The notes under the pieces: model-generated | Seen by the model: the letters and a program-made list of their open reading frames with translations, nothing else | What the model was told of the DNA's origin: nothing | The model's database searches: none | Shown here: in pieces, positions 54,012 through 62,546 of the stretch | Numbering within the stretch: position 1 is the first letter of the stretch | Layout of the letters: each line of letters opens with the position of its first letter | Translations under genes and position numbers: made by a program | DNA from: an uncultured Acidobacteriota bacterium | GTDB taxonomy: Bacteria > Acidobacteriota > UBA6911 | Reading direction: 5' to 3' | DNA: 64,000 nt | NCBI GenBank assembly: GCA_963843575.1 | Contig: CAWJKZ010000010.1 | Location: 160,001-224,000 of the forward strand

Positions 54012-54438
54012 GATCTCGTTCCTGGCCCTGCTGCTGGCGCTCGCTCACATCAGCCTGACCGGGCTCAGCCCGGGCGGCATCATAGTCCCGAGCTACGTGG
54101 TGTTGTTCCTCCATCACCCCCAGCGACTCGTGGGAACCGTCGCGGCCGCGCTCCTGACGCTGCTGTGCTACAGGATCGCCGCGCGGTACCTGATCCTCTA
54201 CGGGAGGAGGAAGTTCGTCTTCATGATTCTCACGGCGGCGTTGTGGACCTTCGCCTGGCTCAGCCTTTTCCCTGCGCTGTTGGCCGGCGCGACGGAGTTT
54301 CGGGTCATCGGCTGGATCATCCCGGGACTCATTGCGCATGCCAGCGAGAAACAGGGGATCCTCGCGACGACCGCCTCCCTGGCCACCGTCACGGTTCTGG
54401 CGTATATCCTGGGAAGAATGCTTCACCTCGTGGCGTAG
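54001..54438 (+). CDS. pgsC: Poly-gamma-glutamate biosynthesis protein PgsC/CapC
   Basis: TGLSPGGIIVP, YGRRKF, IGWIIPGLIA; 145 aa, hydrophobic, overlaps pgsB. Confidence 0.9.
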   Translation: MGYEISFLALLLALAHISLTGLSPGGIIVPSYVVLFLHHPQRLVGTVAAALLTLLCYRIAARYLILYGRRKFVFMILTAALWTFAWLSLFPALLAGATEFRVIGWIIPGLIAHASEKQGILATTASLATVTVLAYILGRMLHLVA

Positions 54439-54449
54439 CGGGCAAGGCA

Positions 54450-55535
54450 ATGACGGGAAAGATACACGGGCGGGTGATCGTGGCGGGCATCGCGAGCCTT
54501 GCTGCGTACCTGGCTCTGGTTCCCCGCATGGATGCGCTTCTGCCGGCCTATTCTGCTGCGATGCGTGGAGCGGCAGAGATGATGCGGACAGGGTTGCAGC
54601 TGGTTGCGGCGCGGCGGTACGCACCCGGGATTCCCGTCGATCCCGCGATCGATCCGAATCGGACCGGTCTGGTAGGGCCGGAAGAGTCCGAACTCATGAC
54701 CACCCTCGGAGACCTCGAGGCGAAAAGGACGACCACTAATCCGAACATGGCAGGGTTGATCGTTCACCTGCTCAAACAGGCCAGGGTCTCGCGGGGACAG
54801 ACGATCGGGGTGGCGTGTTCAGGGTCGTTCCCCGCCCTGATGCTCGCGGCGGTCGCCGCCGCCCGGTCCATCGGGGTCCGTCCCGTCGTGATCCTGTCGC
54901 TGGGCGCGTCGTCGTACGGGGCAACCAGCGCCCAGTTCAACCTGCTGGATATCTATGATGTCTTGGCAGGCGGAGGGATCTGCAGCGAACCGCCCGCGGC
55001 CGTCTCGCTCGGCGGCGAGAAGGACATCGGGCTCGATTTCGAAACCGAACTCCGGAACAACCTGGTCAAGCGCATCCACGCCAGCGGGATTGCGTTCATC
55101 CACGAACCCGACCTCCAGGCGAATGTCGCCCGGCGCATCGCCGTGTACGAGGAGGCATCGGGGGGAAAAATCGCGGCCTTGATCAACTGCGGGGGGAGCT
55201 ACTCCAGCCTCGGGACCAGCGCCGCTGCCCTAGACCTGGCCCCGGGACTTCTCACCGGCGTCGCGGCTCCGCCCCGGGGACAGCGCGGGCTCGTGCACGA
55301 GATGGCATCGCGCGGCGTCCCGGTAATCCATCTCCTCCACATCAAGGGGTTGACCCTGCGCTACGGTCTTCCCTGGGACCCGATGCCGCTGCCCGAACCC
55401 GAGGCCTTCCCCTTCCTCGGCCCATCGACTCCAAACGGCGCCTTCTTCTGGCTCGTGTCGCTCGGATACCTGTCCCTCCTGGCTTTGCTGGTGGCGTGGC
55501 CCGGGGTGCGCGGGGAACGCACCGATTTTCGTTGA
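54450..55535 (+). CDS. pgsW: Poly-gamma-glutamate system protein (PgsW, TIGR04332-like)
   Basis: DPNRTGLVG, TTLGDLEAKRTTTNPN, SGSFP, SLGASSYGA, INCGG; N- and C-terminal TM helices; follows pgsBC. Confidence 0.82.
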   Translation: MTGKIHGRVIVAGIASLAAYLALVPRMDALLPAYSAAMRGAAEMMRTGLQLVAARRYAPGIPVDPAIDPNRTGLVGPEESELMTTLGDLEAKRTTTNPNMAGLIVHLLKQARVSRGQTIGVACSGSFPALMLAAVAAARSIGVRPVVILSLGASSYGATSAQFNLLDIYDVLAGGGICSEPPAAVSLGGEKDIGLDFETELRNNLVKRIHASGIAFIHEPDLQANVARRIAVYEEASGGKIAALINCGGSYSSLGTSAAALDLAPGLLTGVAAPPRGQRGLVHEMASRGVPVIHLLHIKGLTLRYGLPWDPMPLPEPEAFPFLGPSTPNGAFFWLVSLGYLSLLALLVAWPGVRGERTDFR

Positions 55536-55647
55536 TCGGTGGGGGACAGTTCATTAAGTTGGCGTCAAAGCGGCGCTTGAGATTCTTCGAGTCCTGGTGA
55601 AGCCTTGTCAAGGACTCGGAAAATCGCAAGGCCCGAGGGAGTCGAAC

Positions 55648-56247
55648 ATGAAGCGCTTGAAATTGCCCTGCATCGCACTGCTGCTCATTCTGCCGTGTCT
55701 TTCAGCTCCGGAGACCGCCGCTGCGGAGAAGGCCGGGCTCCCCGTGCTGGTGACCTCGTGCGGGCAGAGCCCTGGGCCGGTCAAGCTGAAGGTGTTCATC
55801 GGCAAGTTGAAGCTGGATTACGCCTACGAGCTGAAGGCCACCGCCGCGGACCTGCTCGCGAAAAAGAAACAGGGGGCACCGTATCAGTCCCTGATTATCG
55901 TCACCGGGGCGAGTCTCAAAGGAATGGGGGCCGCCGGGGTCTCCATCAACGACGAAATCGACCGGACAAGGGCGCTGATCGCCGAGGCGAAGAAGCAGAA
56001 CATCAAGGTCATTGGGGCGCACATCGAAGGCATGGCCCGACGCGCCCAGGGCGCCTCGTCGGGGGACAACTCCGATGAGATGTCGATCGACGCGGTCTGC
56101 CCTCAGTCGTCTTTGCTCATCGTCCGCAAGGACGGGGACGAGGACGGCCGCTTTACGACGATTTCCAGGAACAGAAAGATCCCGATGATTCTCTTCGAGA
56201 AGAACATGGAACTGGAAGGAGTCCTCCAGAACCTCTTCTCGAAATGA
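55648..56247 (+). CDS. Exported DUF6305-like protein
   Basis: Signal peptide, TSCGQSPG, GASLKGMGAAG, HIEGMARR, GDEDGRFT. Confidence 0.7.
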   Translation: MKRLKLPCIALLLILPCLSAPETAAAEKAGLPVLVTSCGQSPGPVKLKVFIGKLKLDYAYELKATAADLLAKKKQGAPYQSLIIVTGASLKGMGAAGVSINDEIDRTRALIAEAKKQNIKVIGAHIEGMARRAQGASSGDNSDEMSIDAVCPQSSLLIVRKDGDEDGRFTTISRNRKIPMILFEKNMELEGVLQNLFSK

Positions 56248-56260
56248 GGTCCACCGCCCA

Positions 56261-57553
56261 ATGAGCATGTTCGCGTACGCCGGCATCGTTCTCGGCGTGA
56301 TGGTGACGGTCTACCTGCTGGCCCGGCTTGTGACCGCGTCCACGGAGGTGTCAATGCTGGCCGCCGCGGTCGCGGGTGGGCTGGCCGGGGGATTCGGGAT
56401 ACCGCTCCGGCAGCTGGCCGAGGGAGCCGTCACCTATCTCGACATCAACCTTATCTTCATCACCGCCACCCTCTTTATGGCGATTCTGAAAGAATCGGGG
56501 GGCGTGGCTTTTGCGGTACGGGCGATCCTCGGCCGGTTCCACCAGAACCGTCCGCTGCTCCTGATATTCCTCAGTGTCCTGCTTCTTGTCCCGGGGGCGC
56601 TGACCGGGGCCGGAAGTGTAACCGTGCTAATCACGGGCGGCATGGTGGCGACCGTGCTCCACTACATGGGGATTGCACGCGTCAAGGCCGCCGCCATCGT
56701 TTTCATCAACGCCGGCTTGAGCGCCGCAGCTCCGCCGGTGAGCCTGTGGGCCATGCTCACCGCGGCCGGGGTGAACATGCCCTACGTCGGCTTCTTCTGG
56801 CCCCTGCTGGCGCCGTGCGTCATCGGGGCGGTGGCGACCAGCTTCATCCTGGGATGGAAGGGGGCCAAGCCCGACCTGGCCAAAGCCCTGGAGGAACTTC
56901 CGGTCCCCCCCGATAAAATGGGGTGGCTCCGGATTGCAGCGCCCTTCTTCGTATTTGGCGCGCTGGTCCTGGCCGGGCGCAGCTGGCCACACTCCACGCC
57001 GGTCGTCGGCCTCCCCCTGATGTTCCTCTGCGCGGCGGCCGTGTCCTTTGTCCTATCGCCGGTGAAACTCGACTTGCCGAGCATTTCCGAACGGACCGTG
57101 GCTCAGCTGCTGCCGCTGATCGCCACCCTTACCTGCGCCGGCATACTCGTCCAGATCATGACCTTGACGGGCGTGCGGGGGATGCTTGCGGTGACGGCGG
57201 TAACGCTGCCGGTAGCCGCCGTCCTGGCCACCCTGTTTCTCGTTCTTCCCGTCTCGGAGGCGGTGCTGATGTATGCGGCAGCTCCCGTCCTCGGTGTGCC
57301 GCTGGTGCTGCTTTTCAACACCATGGGGCTGAATCCGATTGTCGCGCTGGCCGGGATGAGCCTGATGTGGCCGCTGGGCGACGCCCTGCCGCCGACGGCG
57401 ATCATCGGCAGGCTTTCCGTCGAGGCCGTCGGATACCGGGATTCCTATGCGGCATTCCTGAGATGCTGCGTGCTCCCGGCTGTCATCATTATCGTGATGG
57501 GAACCCTGATGGTCGTCTACAGCAAGCAGCTCTCGTTCCTGACGGGACTGTAG
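56261..57553 (+). CDS. Ion-transporter superfamily permease (TRAP DctM-like)
   Basis: About 11-12 hydrophobic segments, LKESGG, PGALTGAG, AAPPVS, ALPPTA. Confidence 0.72.
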   Translation: MSMFAYAGIVLGVMVTVYLLARLVTASTEVSMLAAAVAGGLAGGFGIPLRQLAEGAVTYLDINLIFITATLFMAILKESGGVAFAVRAILGRFHQNRPLLLIFLSVLLLVPGALTGAGSVTVLITGGMVATVLHYMGIARVKAAAIVFINAGLSAAAPPVSLWAMLTAAGVNMPYVGFFWPLLAPCVIGAVATSFILGWKGAKPDLAKALEELPVPPDKMGWLRIAAPFFVFGALVLAGRSWPHSTPVVGLPLMFLCAAAVSFVLSPVKLDLPSISERTVAQLLPLIATLTCAGILVQIMTLTGVRGMLAVTAVTLPVAAVLATLFLVLPVSEAVLMYAAAPVLGVPLVLLFNTMGLNPIVALAGMSLMWPLGDALPPTAIIGRLSVEAVGYRDSYAAFLRCCVLPAVIIIVMGTLMVVYSKQLSFLTGL

Positions 57554-57570
57554 CGGCCGGGAGATCTGAA

Positions 57571-57735
57571 ATGAACATCGCGAGCGCGATCATCACGACG
57601 TTCTACTACGCGTTGACCGCCTGGGTGACGGTGATTCTCGTCCGCAACTTTGTCAAGTGCAGGCGCTGGGACCAGGAACTGCTCTACGTTGTCGTGCTTC
57701 TCCCGTTCCTGTTGCGGTTGTTACGCCTGAAGTGA
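57571..57735 (+). CDS. Small 54-aa two-TM membrane protein
   Basis: GGAG RBS; MNIASAIITTFYYALTAWVTVILVRNFVKCRRWDQELLYVVVLLPFLLRLLRLK fills the gap in the operon. Confidence 0.75.
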   Translation: MNIASAIITTFYYALTAWVTVILVRNFVKCRRWDQELLYVVVLLPFLLRLLRLK

Positions 57736-57758
57736 GGGCTCACGTGAACGAAGGGACG

Positions 57759-58913
57759 ATGAGGATCCGCAAGGCTGTTTTCGCGGCTCTCGGGCTGGCG
57801 GCGCTCGCAGGCTCGGGAATCAGCTTCTACCGTAGCCGGCACCTGGCGGAACCCGTGGTGCTGGGGCCGGGGGTGACCGGGGTGAAAAGACTCAGCGAGT
57901 ACTACCACGGTCTCGCCGGCACGGCCAACGACTGCAACCTGTACTTCCTCGAAGGACGGGAACGCGGGGCGACGATGGTCGTCCTGGGCGGCACGCACCC
58001 CGAAGAACCCGCCGGCCGACTCGCGGCGTGGCTCCTGGTGGAAAACGCGACGGTGGAGCGGGGCCGGCTGATCGTCGCACTGAGCGCGAATCGCAGCGCC
58101 TCGACGTCGACGCGCCCAAGCGGCGCCTATCCCCCCGGGTTCACAATCAGAACCGATTGGGGGGAACAGAGGTTCAGAATGGGCGACCGCTGGTCCAACC
58201 CGCTGGACCAGTGGCCCGATCCCGAAGTCTACATCCACTACCCGAGCGGGCAGAGCCTCGCCTACTGCGACATCAGGAACCTGAATCGCGCCTGGCCGGG
58301 CCGGCCCGACGGCACTCTCACGGAGAAGACCTGCTACGGTTTCATGCAGCTGATCCGCACGGAGCACGCGGACCTGTTCGTAGACCTGCACGAGGCCGAA
58401 CTTCAGTACCCGGTCATCAGCACGATCGTCGCGCACGATAAGGGGCAGGAACTGGGCATGATGGTCTCGATGATGCTCACCGACACCGAGGGGTTCAAGA
58501 TCGGGATGGAATTTTCCCCCAAGAACCTGCACGGACTTTCACACCGTGAGGTGGGGGATCATTCGGACGCGATTTCGCTGCTGTTCGAGGCGCCGGAACC
58601 GTTCCTGGACGCGACCCGCGGCAGGACGACGGAAGAGCTTCTCCTGACCGGCAAGGACGAGTTCGTGATGAAGGCCGGCAGGCACGGGTTGCTGTTCGAG
58701 AAGATCGACGAAAACGGGTGGCCCATCGATCTGCGTGTCGGACGGCACACCTCGTCCCTCCTGCAGACCATGGCCAGTTGGACGGATGAGCATCCCGACC
58801 ACGGGATCGTCTGCTCCGGCGTGCCCCGCTATGGCGAGGTAGAGGCCCGAGGGGTCGGCCGGTACCTGCGCGATCCCTCCCGTTCCACCCTGGATCGGCT
58901 GTCTTACGAATAG
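57759..58913 (+). CDS. Membrane-anchored succinylglutamate desuccinylase/aspartoacylase-family (M14-like Zn) hydrolase
   Basis: GGTHPEE (HxxE), NLNRAWPG, DLHE; N-terminal hydrophobic anchor. Confidence 0.8.
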   Translation: MRIRKAVFAALGLAALAGSGISFYRSRHLAEPVVLGPGVTGVKRLSEYYHGLAGTANDCNLYFLEGRERGATMVVLGGTHPEEPAGRLAAWLLVENATVERGRLIVALSANRSASTSTRPSGAYPPGFTIRTDWGEQRFRMGDRWSNPLDQWPDPEVYIHYPSGQSLAYCDIRNLNRAWPGRPDGTLTEKTCYGFMQLIRTEHADLFVDLHEAELQYPVISTIVAHDKGQELGMMVSMMLTDTEGFKIGMEFSPKNLHGLSHREVGDHSDAISLLFEAPEPFLDATRGRTTEELLLTGKDEFVMKAGRHGLLFEKIDENGWPIDLRVGRHTSSLLQTMASWTDEHPDHGIVCSGVPRYGEVEARGVGRYLRDPSRSTLDRLSYE

Positions 58914-58923
58914 CCTACCGTAG

Positions 58924-59319
58924 CTAACGATAGAGCCGGACTTCCACGATCGCACTGACCACCTGTTCCGGCTCAAAGGGCTTCCCGATGTGCATTTGAA
59001 AGCCCGCCGTCATCGCTCTCTGCCTGTCCTCCGGTCTGTTGTGGGCCGTCAGGGCTATGGCAGGGATTCGCCCACCCCGTTCGGGTTCCAACCGCCTCAC
59101 GTTCTCGATCAGCCAGTACCCGTCCCGGTCCGGCATCCCGATGTCGGAAACAATCACGTCCGGCCGATATTCCCCTATGGCTTTGAGTGCCTCGGGTGCG
59201 GTACCGCAGGGATACACCAAAGCGCCGCGGGCCTCCAGGACGAAGGCCACGAGCGCCCGGCAGTCCTCCTGGTCGTCCACGACAAGGACACGCAATCCGG
59301 CGAGAGAAGTCAAAGACAT
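58924..59319 (-). CDS. Single-domain response regulator (CheY-like)
   Basis: LVVDD, SDIGMP, IALTA, HIGKP. Confidence 0.88.
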   Translation of the reverse strand: MSLTSLAGLRVLVVDDQEDCRALVAFVLEARGALVYPCGTAPEALKAIGEYRPDVIVSDIGMPDRDGYWLIENVRRLEPERGGRIPAIALTAHNRPEDRQRAMTAGFQMHIGKPFEPEQVVSAIVEVRLYR

Positions 59320-59564
59320 GTCGGTCTGCGAAGGGGGGGGCGGTCCGGTCCAGATTTCGGAACAACGGGATACGATTCTACGAGGTCTTGCGGAATCTTT
59401 CAAAAGGTTTTTCGTCCCCACCGGGCGAGAAACCCCAATGTCGCCCTCCAGCCGGTCGTCTCGAGTCCACCAGAGTAAAATTTCCCATTAAGACGTTTCT
59501 CACATGTTCCGAAGAGAAGAGTAGATAACAGAATCCTGAAGGAATTGTGGGGAGGTGTTGCACC

Positions 59565-61991
59565 ATGGGCGGGCGCCAGCCGGTCGACTCCAGTGAGAAC
59601 AACGGCCTGTGGGACTGGAACCTCGAAACTAACCGCGTGTTTTTCTCGCCGCGTTGGCTGTCCATGCTGGGGTGCGAGCAACAGGAAGTCGGGAACTCGC
59701 CGGAGGAGTGGCTGCAGCGCATCCATCCCGAAGACCGCAAGCAGGTCCAGGCGTGGGTCGAAGCGCACCTGGCAGGGGGCCCTGCAGAGCTGGAGAGTCA
59801 CCATCGGATGCGGCACAAGGATGGGAGTTACCGGTGGATGTCGTGCCGCGGTCTGACGTTGTGGGATGAAAAAGGCCGGGCGGTCCGGCTCTCCGGTTCG
59901 CATGTGGACATCACCGCCGAAAAAGTATCGGATCCGCTGACGGGGCTCCCGAACCGTTTCCTGCTTCTGGATCGCCTGTCCAATTCCATTCAGCGAGCCA
60001 AGCGGCACGGCGAGTTCTACTTCGCGCTCCTCCTGCTGAATGTGGACCGATTCAAGACGGTCATAGAGCGGCTTGGGGCCCGTGGCGCCGATCAGTTGCT
60101 GATCGCGACCGCGCGGCGCCTCGAGACCTGCCTCAGGGCCGGGGACACCGTAGCGCGCCTGGGCGGCGATCACATGCTGGCGCGCGTCGGGGGGGACGAA
60201 TTCACGATCCTGCTCGACGGCCTGAACCAGGTCGGCGATGCCAAGACGGTAGCCGAACGCCTGCTCCAGGAGATTGCGGCGCCGTTCCACATCGCGGGAC
60301 GCGAGGTGTTTCTCACCGCGAGCGTAGGGATAGCCTTGAGCGCCACAGGATACAGCGACCCCGAGGAGATCCTGCGCGACGCCGACACCGCGATGTACCG
60401 AGCCAAGTCGCTGGGCAAGGCGCGCTGCGAAGTGTTCGACACCGCGATCCTCAAAGAGGTCGAAAACCATCGGCAGCTGGAGATCGATCTGCGGCAGGCG
60501 GTGGCACGAAACGAATTCGTGCTCGCCTACCAGCCCATTATTTCGTTAGCCACCAAGCGGATTGCAGGATTTGAAGCCCTGGTCCGCTGGAATCACCCGG
60601 CGCGGGGCCTGGTGTCGCCTCTGGACTTCATCCCGGCCGCCGAGCAGACCGGCGTGATCGTGCCGCTCGGCCGCTGGGTGTTGGCCGAAGCTTGCCGCCA
60701 GACCAGGGAGTGGCAGGAGAAGTTTCCGGAGCTGTGGATTTCGGTAAACCTCTCGGGGGTACAGTTCCTTCAGCCGTCGTTCGCCCGGGACATAGAGGAC
60801 ACCCTGAAGGCGGCCGGACTCCCGCCTCGCTCTCTGATCCTCGAACTGACCGAGAGCTCGATCATGCAGAATCCCGAAGCCGTCAGCAGCATGCTTATGC
60901 GGCTGCGGGTGCTGGGGGTGCAGATCGCCATCGACGATTTCGGCACCGGATACTCCTCGCTCAGCTATCTCCGGCAATTCCCGTTGGACTACCTGAAGGT
61001 CGACCACACCTTCTTGCGAAGTGCCGAAACCAGCCGGGACACGGCGGAAGTCGTGCGCACCGTGGCAAACCTGTCCCACCAGCTCGGGTTGCGCGTGATC
61101 GCGGAGGGGATCGAGAACGCGGGACAGCTGAGCTTCATAGAGTCGCTCAACTGCGAATACGGGCAGGGCTTTCTGTTCGCGAAACCGGTCGCCAGCGATC
61201 GGGCCGCGACCCTGCTGGAGGCCGGGCTCACGGCGCTCTCCGAGGATTCAGGCAAAACGGAAGGTCCAGCCGCGGCACCGGCCTCGGACGAGCGTCCGCC
61301 CAAACCCGGCAGGTCCTGGAAGAAGTTCCGCGGAATCGCTTCCGCTTGCCTGGCGCTGACGGCGTTCCTGTTGATTTCGGGATACCTCTCTACTCGGTCC
61401 CGGCCAGCCCCGCCGGCGCCCGCGGCAGCCCCCAGCCGACCGCCCACGGCAGCCCCCAGCCGACAGCCCGCGGCAGCCCCCAGCCGACCGCCCGCGGCAG
61501 CCCCCAGCCGACCGCCCGCGGCAGCCGCCCTTGCACCCACTGCACTGGCGGCCAAGGTCGACGCTGCACCCGCCGCGCGCAACGCGGCCCCCGCTGCAAG
61601 GTTGGAGAAACCGATCGCAGAGACGCCCAGCCCCACACCCACGCTTACGTTTCCGGTTATCCACAACCACGTGTTCGGCAGCTGCCGGGGGACTCTGCAG
61701 GTCGCCGCGGATGCGGTTTCCTTCTTTTCCGAGAAGGAGAAGGACAGCTTCCGCCTCGAGCAGGGGTCCTATTCGGTCCTGATCGCCGAGGATCAGTTGA
61801 CGCTCAAATCGCAGTCCAAGACCTACAATTTCAAGTCGGCGATCGCGCGCGGAAAAAGTGAAAACTCTGCGGAGTTGGCTCACATCGCCCGCAGCATCTC
61901 CGCCGTGCACTCGCAGGCGGGCAGCGGCGGCCCGGTGCGGCCCCGGGATCCGGCTCAGCCTGCCGAATCAGCCGTCGGTCCTCCACCATAG
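59565..61991 (+). CDS. PAS-GGDEF-EAL protein with C-terminal TM helix, Pro/Ala linker and extracytoplasmic domain
   Basis: PAS (GLWDWN, IHPED), DPLTGLPNR, GGDEF, EALVRW, IDDFGTGYSSL, LKVD, GQGFLF, then a hydrophobic helix and a C-terminal domain. Confidence 0.88.
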   Translation: MGGRQPVDSSENNGLWDWNLETNRVFFSPRWLSMLGCEQQEVGNSPEEWLQRIHPEDRKQVQAWVEAHLAGGPAELESHHRMRHKDGSYRWMSCRGLTLWDEKGRAVRLSGSHVDITAEKVSDPLTGLPNRFLLLDRLSNSIQRAKRHGEFYFALLLLNVDRFKTVIERLGARGADQLLIATARRLETCLRAGDTVARLGGDHMLARVGGDEFTILLDGLNQVGDAKTVAERLLQEIAAPFHIAGREVFLTASVGIALSATGYSDPEEILRDADTAMYRAKSLGKARCEVFDTAILKEVENHRQLEIDLRQAVARNEFVLAYQPIISLATKRIAGFEALVRWNHPARGLVSPLDFIPAAEQTGVIVPLGRWVLAEACRQTREWQEKFPELWISVNLSGVQFLQPSFARDIEDTLKAAGLPPRSLILELTESSIMQNPEAVSSMLMRLRVLGVQIAIDDFGTGYSSLSYLRQFPLDYLKVDHTFLRSAETSRDTAEVVRTVANLSHQLGLRVIAEGIENAGQLSFIESLNCEYGQGFLFAKPVASDRAATLLEAGLTALSEDSGKTEGPAAAPASDERPPKPGRSWKKFRGIASACLALTAFLLISGYLSTRSRPAPPAPAAAPSRPPTAAPSRQPAAAPSRPPAAAPSRPPAAAALAPTALAAKVDAAPAARNAAPAARLEKPIAETPSPTPTLTFPVIHNHVFGSCRGTLQVAADAVSFFSEKEKDSFRLEQGSYSVLIAEDQLTLKSQSKTYNFKSAIARGKSENSAELAHIARSISAVHSQAGSGGPVRPRDPAQPAESAVGPPP
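61418..61526 (+). repeat. 24-bp coding tandem repeat, ~4.5 copies
   Basis: Unit GCCCGCGGCAGCCCCCAGCCGACC at 61418, 61442, 61466, 61490 and partially at 61514; encodes PAAAPSRP. Confidence 0.92.
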
Positions 61992-62018
61992 CTCATCCCG
62001 CGACAACCGGACTGCCGT

Positions 62019-62453
62019 TCATCGGTCTTGACACTGACTGGCGGCCGCGCCCGAGCTTTCGAGCTTATCCCTGAGTTCGCCGGGAATCGGCAGCTTGGAC
62101 TCGTTGGCAAAATCGAACAGCACGATGATGTCGCGCGCCTCCGCGGCAACAACCCCTTTGTCGTCCACGACCGTGTGGGCTATCCGGAAGCTGGTATTCT
62201 TGACCAGGTCGACCTTGGAGTAGACCGTGACCTGTCCGGGATAATAGAGTGGCCTGCGGAACTGGCAACTCAGGGAAGCCAGTATGGGCCCGATCCCGGT
62301 CCCTGTTTGAAGCTGCATCAATCCGACGCTTTCCAGATAGTTGACCCTCGCAGTCTGGATGTACCTGATGATGGCGACGTTGTTGACGTGCCCGAACGAA
62401 TCGATTTCGCTCCAGTCGATGCGAAGGTCCAGTCTTGTCGCGTAGTCGTCCAT
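62019..62453 (-). CDS. Acyl-CoA thioesterase (4HBT/YbgC hot-dog fold)
   Basis: WSEIDSFGHVNN, FRRPLYYP. Confidence 0.88.
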   Translation of the reverse strand: MDDYATRLDLRIDWSEIDSFGHVNNVAIIRYIQTARVNYLESVGLMQLQTGTGIGPILASLSCQFRRPLYYPGQVTVYSKVDLVKNTSFRIAHTVVDDKGVVAAEARDIIVLFDFANESKLPIPGELRDKLESSGAAASQCQDR

Positions 62454-62546
62454 CGAACGTGCCTCCGGGGGAGCGATCATAATCCGGACCCGAAGCCGCG
62501 CGCGCTGAAAATATGCGTCGATGCAGCGTTGGGCCTCGCGTGCGTC

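Noticed and set aside
59333-59340. G8 tract upstream of the response regulator as a phase-variation switch
   Set aside because: It lies outside the likely CDS, there is no evidence of length variation, and such runs are expected at this GC content.
61418-61526. CRISPR array
   Set aside because: The units are directly adjacent with no spacers, are in frame within a CDS, and no cas genes are present.
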